The position numbers and the translations under genes are program-made. The notes under the pieces are model-generated. The model ran no database searches. It was not told the origin of the DNA and was given only the letters and a program-made list of their open reading frames with translations. From the NCBI GenBank assembly GCA_043228905.1, contig JBHGNT010000010.1:16740001-16804000 (forward strand): a DNA stretch of 64,000 nucleotides, given 5' to 3'. Origin of the DNA: Azolla caroliniana (lineage: Eukaryota > Plantae > Polypodiophyta). Position 1 is the stretch's first letter. Each line of letters opens with the position of its first letter. Shown piece after piece: positions 25,286 through 38,780 of the stretch.

Positions 25286-28224
25286 TGTTGGGGTAAAGGC
25301 CCTAAATGACCCCCTTATAGTGTGTACATCTGTATAGGCCTATTTATAAAGGCCAAAAGTCACTAACCACTTTTTTGTTATTTTTGGGCCAACCCTAAAT
25401 GGGTCATATAAAACATAAGTTAAAAACTTTTGCATCTCACTTCAAAGGTGAGCTCCTCCAACTACTGCTCTCTCTCTATCTTTTCTACCATAGCTCCACT
25501 ATTGCATCTAAAGGGCTTATACTAGAGTGAATCCTGAGTATTCCTTAGCCCGATTGACATAATTCCTAACACTTACAATTGGTATCAGAGTAGATTTAGG
25601 GTTTTTGAACTTCTGCACAGTTGCTGTACAGCAAAGAACAGGTGTTCAGACCTCTTTATTGTGAGCTATGGCGCCATCCTCCTCAGAAGTGAAGAATCTT
25701 TTTGAGATTCGACGATTTGAGGGAACAAGTTTCGACTTGTGGAAGGAAAGAATGCAAGGAATTCTTTTTTTGAAGGATTGTGAGAGGGTGTTTGAGGTAG
25801 AAAAACCAGAGAACATATCCAAAGATGCATGGCGGATTTTAAACAAAAAGGCTGTCATATATATTAAGATGGCTGTTTCTAATGAGATCTTGGTAGATCT
25901 CAAAGGGTTGGTATTTGCTTCTAAAATATGGGCAAAGCTGAAGGCTACATATGAAAACAATACACCTGTTAATCAAGTACACCTAATGTGAAAGCTTGTT
26001 GGCATGCAATTGGATGAGTCCAAGAGTGCAACTGAACACTTGTCCTTGTTTACAGGTACCTCATCACAGCTGCATGACTCGGGAATGGCTCCTTTTGATG
26101 AAAAGCTCAAAGCCATTTTCCTCCTAATGACATTACGTGTCTCATGGGAGACATTGGTAGTCTCATTGTCTAATAGCCCGAACTTAACCTTTGATGGTGT
26201 TAGGGGCTCCATACTCAATGAAGAGATCAGGAGAAAAGCAAATGGAGAAGGTGGAAGCTCAGCCAACATGGTTAGAGTTAGGACAAATAAGAGAAGTAAC
26301 TATGCACATAGGAACAAAAGTAAAAGCCAAGAAAGGGTAAATAGCAACAAAGTTAAAAGCAATGACGTAACATGTTATCAGTGTGGCAGGAAAGGCCAGA
26401 AGAAACTTGATTGCCGCTATTACAAAACAGAACATGAAAGAAAAAAGAATTCTAGAGATAAGAGAAAGGAAAAGACTAATGCACATGACAGTTAAAAGGA
26501 CGAAGAGAAGGCCAATTTGGCCTCTAAAGTAGTTATAGAGGAGCGGATGTAGTCATGGAGGACATTTTATGAGCTACTTTTTCAGCTGATGATACTTACG
26601 CATATGATGCCTCTCTAAATATTCATGCAGAGGACAGGTGTATCACTAAGAATGATCTTATTGATGCTTTGTGGATTGTCAATGATGCATTGGCCCAAAC
26701 ATGGATAATTGACTTTGGTGCTTCATTTCATGTGATTCCTATCAAGGAGTGTTTTTCTACTTTTACTACAGGCAACCATAGCCATGTATACCTTGGAAAC
26801 AATCGTGCATGTTCCATTGAGGGTATTGGCACTGTGCATTTTTTACAAATGGCACTAAGCTGGTTTTGCATAATGTACGTTATGTACTAGGGATCAAGAG
26901 GAGCTTGCTTTTTGTAGGGCAAATGGATATGCATGGTTATAGCATTCTCTTTGAGAGAGGATCATGGAAAATGACAAAAGGTTCAAGGCTGATTGTGAAA
27001 GCCACAAAGTCGAGAACTCTTTATTGCTTACATGGAAATGCTATATTGGGCAAATTTATTGCTTTGGCTGAAGTTCACTCCCATATGGAGTTGTGGCATT
27101 AGAGACTTGGCCATATGCGCCAAAAGGGTCTCAGTAGGCTTTATAATCTAAAGAAGCTTGATATTAAAGGCACGAAGCTTGATTTTTTTAATGAATGCCA
27201 ATATGGAAAGCAAGTGAAGCGTTCCTTTTGATCTGGTGTGTCTCGTAAGTCTTGTGTACTTGATCTTGTTCATTCTAATGTGTGTAGCATGCTCACCAAA
27301 TCTATGGGGGATGCAATGTAGCATGACAAAAGGTTCAAGGCTATTGTGAAAGGCACAAAGAAGGGAAGTCTTTATTACTTACATGGAAATGCTATATTGG
27401 GCAAATTTATTGCTTTGGCTGAAGTTCACTCCCATATTGAGTTGTGGCATAAGAGACTTGGCCATATGAGCCAACAGGGTCTCACTAGGCTTTGTAATCT
27501 AAAGCAGCTTGATATTAAAGGCACGAAGCTTGATTTTTGTAATGAATGCCAATATGGAAAGCAAATGAAGCGTTCCCTTTACTCTGGTGCGTCTCGTAAG
27601 TGTTGTGTACTTCATCTTGTTCATTCTGAAGTGTGTAGCATGCCCACCAAATCTATGGGGGGTGCAATGTATTTTATCTCATTTGTTGATGATTTCTCTA
27701 GAAAAATTTGGGTTCAATTGCTTAAATCTATGGATGAAGCCTTAGCTGCATTTAAGCGTTTTTATGCATTTTTGACCACCCAAACATGTAGAAAATTGAA
27801 ATGTTTGCGTACAGACAATGGTGGTGACTATACAAGTGGTGAATTCAAGAAATTTTGTGAAATTTTGGGTATTAAGAGGGAGCTTACTATTCCATACAGC
27901 CCCCTCTTCTAATGGTGTGGCTGAACGATATAACAGGACACTTTGTGAGAGAGTGAGATGCATGCTGTCCACCGCTAATCTCCCTCATGGATTTTGGGGA
28001 GAGGCACTCAAAACTTCAGTACATGTATTCAATAGATACCGTCACACGTCTTTAAGGGTGACATCCCTGAAGAGGTTTGGTCTGGCAAACCTGCTTCATA
28101 TGATCACTTACGTGTCTTTGCCTGCGCTGAGAAACAAACTTGATGCCAAGTCCATTAAGGGCCTCTGCATGGGATATGGTGAAGAAGGCGAAATGGGTTA
28201 TAGGATTTGGATACCCCAGCTCAA
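25286..28224 (+). mobile_element. 3'-truncated Ty1/Copia element: 5' LTR 25286-25577, tRNA-Met PBS 25580-25590, degenerate gag-PR-INT
   Basis: TG...CA followed by TGGTATCAGAG. Gag from 25668, zinc knuckle, WIIDFGASFH, integrase VDDFSR/LRTDNGGDY/NGVAERYNRT. No RT or 3' LTR. Confidence 0.92.
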
Positions 28225-28294
28225 CATCGGTCGGTGCAGATCGCACATGCGTGCCCTTAACCGAGCGATATGCACTGTCCGTACCCGCGATTCC
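28225..28294. mobile_element. Fragment of the TIR of the Ulp1-carrying element family
   Basis: cggtgcagatcgcac...tgcactgtccgtacccgcgattcc aligns with 60807-60869. Confidence 0.6.
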
Positions 28295-28742
28295 ATCGTT
28301 TGTCCTCTTTAATATTTGGTAGCAGTTAGACATGAGCGTGAGTTTCCTGCGAATTGTTTATTCTATCAGCTGTTCATGTAAACTGACATCTCCTCTACTC
28401 TTAAAATACACATGTTTTAGTAAACAGCTGGGAAGGCAGCTCGCTTCATGCCATGGATGTTGTTCTGTAAATTGGTCTGCTCTATCAATGTGAACATGGA
28501 TTGTTGTTCCCTTCTGTGGCATTTCATGTTTCTTACGCCAACTTTTTTTAAAGTTTATTTAAAAATAAGGGGATTGAATTGAAACAAACCACTTTTTTGT
28601 TTTATAAACCTACCAGCTCTGTCCATGTAAAATAATCTTTTTTTTCTTGCCAGCTGTTCTCATCTCTCTTACTCTAAGTTAAGGGTTTTTAAGATGAAGG
28701 AATAGAAACAAAAATACTTCATGTTCCTTGCAGTGTGTGAAG

Positions 28743-29951
28743 ATGGAAGAGATGGACCTATCTGGTGATGGGGGTGTGCTAAAGAAGATCTTGAAGGTGG
28801 CTAAGCCTGATGCTATAGCTCCAACAGAAGATCTTCCCCTTGTTGACTGTACGTTTCGGATCCCACTGCTCCATTGAAATTTTTGTGTAGGTATTTACGA
28901 GATGTGGTTCTTTGGACTTTGCAGTACAATACGAGGGAACCTTTGCGGAAACTAATGAAGTGTTTGACTCCACTCGAGAAGACAATACTGTGTTTAGTTT
29001 TGAATTGGGGCAAGGAAGTGTAATCAAGGGTTGGGAGATTGCTGTGAAAACCATGAAGGTAATCATTTATTAATAATTGGAGAACCATGCATGTACTTTT
29101 TCTGCATCGTTAATGGCTAACATTCTAACATAGAAGGTTAAAACTTTTTGGAAGGTCGGTGAGATTGCAAGGATTACATGCAAATCTGATTATGCATATG
29201 GAAAACTTGGCTCGCCTCCAGATATACCTGGAGAGTATGTTTCTTTAGTTTCATATGCACATAGATCATCTGGGATTTCAGAGGTTTCTTAATAGAGTTC
29301 TTATGTATATCCATGTGAAAATACGAGACTGTATTTTAGCTTGAAAATTCTGAAAAATGTTATCTACTGTTCTCTGTTTTGGATAAATGTTAACAACCCG
29401 ATTGTGATACGCTAAACATGGTTTTACTTTTCTTACATTTATTAGTGCCACGCTTATCTTCGAGGTTGAGCTCTTGGCATGCAGACCTCGAAAAGGATCT
29501 AGTATGAATAGTATGGCAGCTGAGAAGGCAAAACTCGAGTATGTTCTATATTCTTGGGGAAAACACCAAATATACCCATAATTTGTTGCATATTTACCAG
29601 AATACCCATAAGTTTTCAAATTTCATTTCTCTCACGATGTCATAGAAAAGATCCTGGTGCAGAGGCATATTCAAATAAATACCCAATAACCTATTTGTAT
29701 TTTGGTGTTTCTCCGTTTATGTTTTTGAAAGTCCTGTGACTATGATAACTGATGTGTACTGCTAGCATAAACTTTGTTTTCTTTGGTTATTTTAATTGTG
29801 TAGGGAACTCCGAAAGCAAAGAGAGGAGGCCGGTTCCAAGAAAGAGGAGGAAAAGAAGAAGAGAGAAGAGGCTAAAGCTGCTGCAGCTGCTCGTATACAA
29901 GCAAAACTTGACGCAAAAAAAGGAGGGAAAGGGAAAGGAAAGAACAAATAG
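28743..29951 (+). CDS. FKBP20-1: FK506-binding peptidyl-prolyl isomerase, FKBP20-1 type, 186 aa; exons 28743-28848, 28925-29058, 29155-29234, 29446-29538, 29804-29951
   Basis: [16 protein letters not shown]..., [53 protein letters not shown], Lys-rich tail. Phases consistent (561 nt). Confidence 0.93.
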
Positions 29952-32393
29952 ATTATATATCATTTAGTAGCCAAATGTTTCTGGAAAAATAAGTGCAATG
30001 AAATCTGACTGACAGGAAATTTTGGCTTGAAAAATCAAGTGATTATTATGTAATCAAGTAGCCAACTTTGGTTGGAAAATGTTGAGTGAATCACTTGCAT
30101 GTACAAGAGTAAATGTTTAGTAGAGAAGCCTGCTTTGAAAAGTTCTATGGCAGGACCAATCTTATTGCATGTATAAATTGATGGAATTTATTTGGAAATA
30201 AGGTTAAAAGTGACCATGTTTAAAAATTTGTGTGATTTTCAGTTTGTGATAGCACAGGAGTTTTGTAAAGTATTTTCGGAAGTAACATAATCTAGTTATT
30301 CAGTTGTTTTCCTGGGAAATTTTTGCAAGGTAGAATAAACTCATATTGGAACATTATATACATATAAAGTAAAACATTTGCTCTTAATAATACAGTAGTT
30401 TTGCTTCTCACGCAACTATTCTATTTATGTAGTAGTTGTAAAGACATTGTGTATGGCATGAGGAAAGAGTATCGATTATATTTCAATTGGAGGTGACAAT
30501 TGCAAACTAAATGCATTGATATGATTGTGTAATGGTTAAAACTTATGTTTTATCACCCCATACTAAATTTAGAGTTAGGTAACAATTTGTAGCCATAGTA
30601 AATTTTTGCCCATATTCTTATCAAAGATTTGAGGACATGGGCAATGTCATTGCAAAAAACAAAAGACTAGCACTAAGTAGGCACCAAGGATGCCTTGAAA
30701 ATTATAAATATAACATTTATCATATCTGAGGAAATGCGAATGGACCCTAGCAATTGAGATAAGGCAACTCACTATTGCACTTGGAGAGTTGTGAGGAGAA
30801 TCCTTTGCAAGGAAGCTGAAACCACAACCATTGATCCACAAACAATAAAGGAGTGGTATTGCATGGGAGTCAAAAAGTAGATGTTCAATTAGTGTCATTA
30901 ACATGGAAATATTGGTTATTATTTCTTGGAGTTATACATGATCTTCTACATGGTAATATATTTGTTGAGATATTAAAAGTTGTTAACATTCTAGAATGGT
31001 ATCTTGCACGGTTTGGGGAACAATATATCATTGAACTTTCTCCAAACTTTTCTACAAGTTACATTAAAAGTGTCAAATTTCCAAACAACAAAAAGGATAG
31101 TTGTCAACTTCGCATAAATTATGTTGGTTTTAACTTCTTCCAACAATTCCAAAATTCAATCATCAACAATATTTCTAAAAATCACTAAGGGTAACATAAT
31201 ACAATGGAGCAATGTGGTTACGCAATATTGCTCCTCAATTGACAATCATGCACCCAACACATATTTGGACAAAATATGTGTTGGATGGATAGAAGATATT
31301 ACCCCCCCCCCCCCACAGATGAGACAAGAAGATTAAGATTAAGATGGGATTGTATATAAGGATAAAAAGGGAACAAGCTTTCGGATTTTAGAGGGTAAGG
31401 GTAGTTTAAAAATATAATTACTTTGTCGGGGCTAAAGGGCATTTGGGGATAGTAAAGGCCCCCTCCTTCTTTTAGGTATGTGGGTATGAGTAAACCTCAT
31501 AGAAAGGTGTGAGAAGAAAGTGTGGTAAGGATAGGTACTAGCGTGAATCCTAGAAATGGAATTGACCCTAAATTCACTTAGCCATGTGCAAGCTTCAACA
31601 TTGAAGTTCAACATGTTAATGTTGAATAACAACTATGTTAAATGTAGTTATTGTTGTGGATACACACTAAACCTATCACATGCTTATTTGTGATTCTTCC
31701 TTCACCACTTTGATGAGATTAAATGTTTAGTTTTCACATTGCCCTTAGGCCTTTTCTCACCAAAATGACTACCAAAATGACTACCAAGTCCTATCTGTTG
31801 TCACCTTTATCTTATACTAAACTTGCCTCTTAGATATTGTTTCTATGCACATTTTGTTGAACGATGTAGCTAGGTTTTACAATTAAAATCATTGAAACAC
31901 TCTAGGGCCAAATCGGGGAAAGGAAAATGGCAAACCAAGCTAAAACCAAGAACAAGTTTTCATGAAGTATAAAAGCGAACTATTTTTGGACTATAGACTA
32001 GCAAATGCAACTAGATTTCAACAAAACATCATTAGATAGTCTATGGACGACTTGTTGGTGGATCTAAAGTGTCAATGAATTAATTTTCCTTAAGTGAGAA
32101 ATGTTGTTTCTTTACATTCCTTTTTCTTGGTAGGCATAGTATAGCCGTTTAAAAAAATAATAGATTGTTTTGAATTCCTATAAGATTATTGCCAAAAATA
32201 GTGGACTATGAGAGTTCAAACCTAGCAAAATGGATGAGAGAAATAAATGAAAAATTAACTAAGATCTAAGAGAAAAACTACATTAGTAACAAAAAATTGT
32301 GCTCCTTTTTTTTTTCCAAAAAAGAATATACTCCATTAGTTAAAATATACATAAACTCGATCCCTTTCTCGGGTAGGCCGTACCAAGACTATC

Positions 32394-32482
32394 TGTAAAT
32401 AATTAGGTGATTAACTACGGGTTGATTAGTACCTAATTATGTGATCAGTTGATAACGGAAGATTAAGTGATATGTTTGTGTA

Positions 32483-32559
<77 letters not shown>

Positions 32560-32884
32560 GTTAATACTTATGAACAACACAAGATGGAGGATGATTAACT
32601 CTATATTAAATTAGCATTATAATCATCAAATACAAAAATACTTACAATGAGGTATATACAGATTTCATGTGCAAGGGTGCCCATGTGTGAGGATAATATA
32701 GGTACAAAAGTGTAAGCCCTATATTAAATGTACTTAAGAGTGGAGGATCAAGAATATCCCACTTAAGTACAAGGTCCTCTTTAAGGCGTCATGGTGAACA
32801 CTTCTAATTAGATTCTATCTAGGTAACTACGAAGTTACATGGTTGACTCACTAACTAAACTAAGTTGAGCTTGATCTCTCAACA
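32394..32884. mobile_element. Solo LTR with 5-bp TSD
   Basis: TGTAAA...CTCAACA flanked by CTATC on both sides; contains a (TG)n(AG)n tract. Confidence 0.85.
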
Positions 32885-32889
32885 CTATC

Positions 32890-33370
32890 ATATCCTACAT
32901 AAGAGATCTCGCTTATTTATCTTACACCTTCACATATGTGTCTAGCCATCCTTTCATACATTTCACCTACATTCACTATCCCACATGCCATGTCTTTCAC
33001 ACCCCTCGTTCAACTAATGCGAGGGGGAAACAACCATATGGGTACTTCATACTTCCATAGTATATCCATTCCATTTCTTGCAGCCATCTGTGTAGTACAC
33101 CATCGCTTTTGAAAATTTAGCCTCATTAGTTCTACAGCATCATCAATCCGCTCATATTGAGCTCTTAGTGTAGTTATTAATTTGTGCCAGATTAGCTTAA
33201 TCGATTCAGCTGGAGGGCGTTTGTGTGCTGAAAATACCCTGGTACACCTTGTTGTCCATATACACCATATACGTCCAAAGATCTCCAAGTTTTTGATTCT
33301 GTGCACCCTATTTAAGCAAAGTGGGTAAAGAGTGGTTGCCAACCATGCGCTAGCAATCTAACAAGGAACC
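32890..33370 (-). mobile_element. Non-LTR (L1-like) retrotransposon 3' remnant
   Basis: ORF 33010-33342 has IWCIWTTRCTRVF, resembling the WxIWxxRNxxVF motif of plant L1 ORF2 C-termini. A possible poly(A) lies at ~32306-32315 beyond the solo LTR. Confidence 0.5.
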
Positions 33371-35699
33371 TTAGCTAACCCAAATGCCTACTTCACATAC
33401 ACAAGAGTAATATACCTTGTTGATTGGTTGTTATGAGGATCATCATGTGGGCAAATTACACTTATTGGTTGGATGGGTGAGAGAAGGTCTCAACCATGTT
33501 GATGGATATTCTCTAATTTTTTCTTATTTAAAGCTCCAAAATTATTTGGTCAAAAACATACGAATCAAGGAACAAGAATATGGATGTTTCTACTCTAAAC
33601 GTAGTGATAAGGATGAATTGGTTTGTGATGTGACGTTCAAGTCAAATTTTAACATGCTCGTACCTTGTAATGACAAATAAGTAGGTGGACAGCACATAGG
33701 ATGTGTCCTTTTCAAATTTGGCATATGGACAAACAACCAAGACTTAGAAAATAATTTATAAAATAATGTTTGTTTAATGTGGACTTAGTCTGTTTGGAGC
33801 TTCTTATGTTTCCACTCCTGTTGTACATGTGCAATGTAGACTTTTGTGGCGCCTTCATCGCCCCAATTCTGAATTTACTATTATATTGCGTTGAATCTTT
33901 AATCAATGTTGGGGTTGAGTTTACAACAAACCACTAAATTATCCCATATATTGTTTAAATATATAACATTTCGCAATCACTATCACAATTTGCATAGTAC
34001 ACATGCCGTAGTACTTGTCAAATTCCACCAAAAATTCCAATATTTTGGATGTCCATATAATGTTGTTTGGGACCCCCACATTTGCACACATTAATCAAAC
34101 ATAATTTATGGAAATGTATTTTGTTTGTAAGCAGGCTTGCAATTGTCCTATACTTGTACAAGGATTAGACGTTTTGTTGAATTATCGATACATTTGTTAA
34201 GTAGAGAACAAGTATACAAATGTAGGATATCCCTTCCTACAAATAAATAAATTGACAAACAATGTTTATAAACTTGAACAATTTGAAACAAAAACATAAT
34301 GCTAATTCATTGCCCTCTGTTATTAATCACATAATCATACCATTATTTGCTCACATGGAGTTGCAAATGTCTTGGTGACATTGTAAAGTTTTTAGGGTAA
34401 TTTTCTATTGTTTTGTGTGATGGTGAACAAACATTGCATTGTAAATAACTACCCAAAAAAAAATTTGGAATAATAATTAAAATTGGATACAAATACACAT
34501 TTAACAAAACCTTTAAGAGAAATTTTATAGATACTTGTTTATTTATATGGGAAACCACTAACCTAGTTATGCACCTTAAGTATTGAGTAATATCGATTAT
34601 AACCCTAGGAAATTTCGAGCAACCTAATTGATTTATGGGCACAATCTATTCAAACTATCTTGTAATTTAATTACATCAAGTTAATTCACTAACTTGTTCC
34701 CTTATATTCAAGTCTGGGTTAAAGACAAATAACATACTGACAAAGTTAGTATGTTGTCATGTGGCAAACTATGAAAGAGGTTTTGAGTTCATTCTCCGCA
34801 AAAGCTCTCACACCGCCTCATATTACCTTAGTTGTTCAAGAAATGTCACTATGTTCCACTTGTCGAAGAGTAAGCACTTTATTTATCTTTTTAGCTACAA
34901 TAAATAATGCTACTAATGGAGCAATGCTTACCAATATCAAACTAGGATTTCTGTCAAACTAATTGCGTTGAATTAATTGATTGATTAGTGAATCAAAATG
35001 ATATGTCAACACAATATTCACATTAGGGTGCGAAAGACCCCTTGAATGTGGCCTAATATTGCTGACGCTCGTGATATTTCCCCTCTAATTAAGTAGCTTA
35101 TGGCTTTCTCCATAAAAGGGCAAGTAACATGTGCTATTTATTGATTCCTTAATAGCTTGGTTCAGTAGATTTTAAATCACTTAAGCTTTACTATCATGTT
35201 TCCTTAAAAGCTTAATTCGAAGCATGCATTATTTTATTTTATTTTATAAAAGTTTTTCTTCAATAGTATTAAGAATAAAACACCCGAAGGCACCTAGTTA
35301 CGAAGGAGGTTATCACTTTTCCTATACAATGCTGTAAAATACAAGGATGGTTACATTTGTTGATATTTAAGAAAGAGTCCATGGAAGTCGATATTGCCAT
35401 TGAGGTTCTTGAGTTGACATTGTAAACAAGGGCACCTTTTCCATAAGTGAAGAAGCTTTTTCCTTTTCTTGCTCTTAGTATCCGGGGAACCTTGCATATT
35501 GTCATACTGGCCACGGACTACTGCCAACAAGTTCTCCCATATCTCAAACAGCACATCTGAGAGATGAATGTCTACCCCATCATAAAGTCGGTTACATCAA
35601 TATTTCCATAAAGCCCATAATGTTATTGTGGTCACAGTTTTCCAAATTTGGACAGATCGCACCTGCATGCAAGGTTGCTGGAAGGGACTAACTAATACC

Positions 35700-36100
35700 A
35701 ATCTTCTATTATGTATTGTCATTGCCTAATGAACATCGTTTGCCTCATACAACATCAAGCCAGAGTGTAGTACTCCCCACATCGTTGATCCCCATGAGAA
35801 TAAGCAACCTACATTGATTGTTAGGAATAAAGACATGACTTTCTTCCATACTTGTTGAGCAAAAGAACAAGACCATAGGACATGCTTGGTAGTCTCCTAA
35901 GGTTCATGGCAAAAGCCACATTGCCGCAAATTGGGTGCTACATTCCCTTTCAATGAATGACCAACGGGTAGTGCCATATGCACTAATAACCACCGAAAGA
36001 GAATAAATTTAGTTAGCCCCTTGAATGACCATATCCACTTCCATTAGGTTCTCATCGAAGCATGCATTATTATTGAAGTATAGAACAAATAAAACCATGA
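35700..36100 (-). pseudogene. Possible highly decayed Helitron PIF1-helicase remnant
   Basis: Frameshifted QF..NVAFAM followed by an SHG-like stretch, the order expected for PIF1 motifs V/VI. Confidence 0.3.
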
Positions 36101-36595
36101 TATGCTTTATTGGTTTTTTTTACAAGGTGTAGTAATGATGTTCCAAAAGCAAGTATTGTTGATAATTTGGCCATACATGAGGGGTACTTTTATATTATCA
36201 CTCAACCTATGACCATGACCATGTTTCAAGATCGAAAACGAATATCCATCTTTTATGGATTATTTGCATGTAACATTTGTCAAGGTTTGCCAAAAAACTT
36301 GTAACGCATAGCAAATACCACATCTCGTAGAAACGGATACACACATTTTATAAGACAATGACATCATAAGTTGACAAAGCCTGGTACAAAGGCATTATCT
36401 TTATATACACATGACATGTACAAGTCATGGTTTGTGGATATACATTTTTTTTTACAAACTAGCCTTTTAAATATATAGATATAGTAGTGTATTGGTAAAG
36501 GTAATGCGGATTCAAATCTCAAGCAAAGGGTTCAATGTAATGCGCGCACATAAAACTACTTATATTTCTAGTTTAGAATAATCCAATCTAATAAC

Positions 36596-37046
36596 TAGCA
36601 ATGGGCACGGTTTCAGCTCAAACCGAACCGAACCGTTAAGCCATGGCTTAATGGTTTATTGGTTCAAAGATAAATAAACCGTTTGGTTTGGTTTCAAATA
36701 TTATGATCCGGTTTGGTTTCGGTTCGGTTTGGTTTTGAATTTCATGGTTTAGCGGCTTATTGGTTTATTGGTTTCGGTTTGTTTTGGTTTTGAATTTCAC
36801 GGTTTAGCGGTTTAGGTTTATGTGGTTTGCTTTAAAGGTTTAAAGGTTTACAAGTTTTGAAGGTTTAAAGGTTTATAGGTTTATTGGTTTATAAATTTGG
36901 TTTGGTTTTGATTTATGATAAACCGATTTGGTTTGGTTCTAAATTTTTCATAAACGGTTTGGTTTAAATGGCTTCATAAAATTTACAAAGTTTGGTTTAG
37001 TTTGGTTTCAAGGCCAGGAAACCGAACTGAACCGCGCCCATTGCTA
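36596..37046. mobile_element. hAT-superfamily MITE, 451 bp
   Basis: TIR tagcaatgggcacggtttcag / ctgaaccgcgcccattgcta, perfect 8-bp TSD ctaataac, GGTTT/AACCG subterminal motifs. Confidence 0.92.
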
Positions 37047-38148
37047 CTAATAACAATCTCCAAAGAAGTGAAGTGGATTTGTAAGTAAAGTTTCGAGAGC
37101 ACAATGGATGACAACTAGTAAAATACATCTTGTGTGTTAAAGCATTTTTTAATTATTGTACAAAATACATACAAACCATCGGTTCCAATTTGAGCCTTTA
37201 TATATATCGTGCCCGCAAGTTAGATTTTGCATATGATTGCCGATAGGTTAATGGCATGATTTGAGAGTTTAAGGTGTAGTACAATGGATTTGACCATATG
37301 CTCTTTCTATGAATTCTTTGTATTTTGGATATGATATTATCAACAACTTCTTGCTCTTAAATTTGGTTTTACAAATTTTGTCCTCAAAACAAGAGAGGAG
37401 TTTTTGTTTTATAACATGAAAGGTTAAGTTTCCTTTTTGGACTATATTAATTTATGAAGAGAATCAAAAGATAATTATAAACGAAACCCTTGTGTTGTCT
37501 TTAACTAATTTGCAATGTAGATACTAGAGCGCATGATTTAGCAAGGGGAAATTCTACATATAAAAACTTGTGGAGTAAGCGTACCTATTTTCTATTCTAT
37601 TTGTTGATACCCCCATTGCGATGATACCATTGTGTATGTAACAAATGTGGAGAAAATGGATCTAAAAAATAGAACTCAAATGAATCTATTACATTCTAAC
37701 TCCTAGGCCCTAGAGAAGAAGGTTCAGAAGTGTAGGGTTTTATAGAATAGGTGTGGAATTTACACATTTGGAGAGCTTAAAATAGAAAAGAAAGAACAAT
37801 ATATCATTAAAATAGGAAATTGACAACCTAAAAGGTAAGCAATAAACTAACATTGATTCACAATAAATATAAGCATCTCTCTTCGATTGACTTATTGGGA
37901 TAACAATCAAAAAAACTTTTGCATGTGCACAAGATTGCTAAGAATTCTGTTTCACCATTGATACATAACATTCGAACAAATTAATATTAAATGAAGTAAA
38001 GTCGTTTAAAGAGAACAATCATGTGGGCTAACTAGACCAATTGAAGCAATAGCCTGGATGTGGATGTCACTTCGGCACCATGTGTGGCACAAATTAAAGA
38101 GTGTTTTCCATGCAAAAGTTTAACTTTTATAATTAAATTTGAGACAAC

Positions 38149-38780
38149 AAGCATTTATGCAATTACATTAGACCAAGGAAATTTATATTAATGCTCAAAA
38201 ATCCTTGAAGGTCAAGACTCAAGACATTTTGTAATACTTCAACATGTTTACGTGTGTGTGATTATTTGCAAATCCTTGAAGGCATTTGTAGTTCAATAAG
38301 TTTTAGTACGATTTTCTCATTGTCTACATTTCCAATAATCGTTTCCTAAGGGAAGGTCTCATATTTTGATGATGTTCCATTGATTTAATTTTTTGACTTT
38401 CTTGGTTGAAGGCATATTCACGGTGGCAATCTCTTAGGTCATTGGTTTCCTTTCCTAATATTTGAATATTCAATTCAAAAGCATTTATGCGATTAAATTA
38501 GACCAAGGAAATTTATATTAAATTATGTTCAAAAATCAATGAAGGTCAACATGTTTATGTGTGATTATTTCAAATTGTTGAAGACAATTGTAGTTCAACA
38601 TATTTTGGTACGATTTTCTCGTTGTCTACATTTCCAAATAATCATTTCCTAAGGGAAGGTCTAATATTTTGATGATGCTCCATTGATTTAATTTCTTGAA
38701 CTTTCTTGGTTGAATGCATGTTCATGCTACCAATCTCTTAGGCCACTAGTTTCCTTTCATGATGTTTGAATATCCGGTTC
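38149..38780. repeat. Diverged tandem duplication, ~330-bp unit
   Basis: aagcatttatgc...tagaccaaggaaatttatatta at 38149 and 38479 with colinear continuation. Confidence 0.85.
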
